DNA of 26,083 nucleotides from Candidatus Bathyarchaeota archaeon (GTDB taxonomy: Archaea > Thermoproteota > Bathyarchaeia > TCS64), in NCBI GenBank assembly GCA_030602935.1, contig JAUVYU010000001.1:1-26083 (forward strand). Reading direction: 5' to 3'. Every line of letters begins with the position of its first letter. Positions within the stretch are counted from its first letter, which is position 1. Positions 26,083 to 26,083 of the stretch are shown in pieces. The notes under the pieces are model-generated. The model saw nothing but the letters and a program-made list of their open reading frames with translations, did no database searches and was not told the origin of the DNA. A program made the position numbers and the translations under genes.

Positions 26083-26083
26083 G

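Overview
Archaeal chromosomal window, GC-rich and densely coding. The short, often leaderless TATA promoters, overlapping starts and stops and the gene repertoire suggest a TACK archaeon such as Bathyarchaeia (inference). The left two thirds are mostly scattered metabolic and regulatory genes: LLM oxidoreductase, adenosine deaminase, M24 and M19 peptidases, GH3-like adenylating enzyme, type IV pilin, HAD, AIM24, TusA, CBS and YbaK. Three local lesions stand out there: a ~1.6 kb AT-richer islet between tRNA-Ala(UGC) and a degenerate copy of its 3' end, a gene broken by one in-frame TAG, and an out-of-frame chimera of a C45 peptidase 5' end and a racemase 3' end. The right third holds two convergent systems. 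One is a short Smc5/6-like SMC + kleisin-like + KITE-like tricistron. The other, the best candidate for an undescribed system, is a translationally coupled operon: a processive GT2 synthase, two minimal exosortase/archaeosortase paralogues and a DUF2357-like protein with an apparently degenerate nuclease site. The GT2 and one sortase both end in the same ~175-aa predicted extracellular domain with a PGMVxPE sorting-signal-like tail. A divergent PadR gene, a palindrome near the predicted transcription start and a wHTH-MinD pair flank this operon. All family calls come from motif reading by eye; no searches were run.
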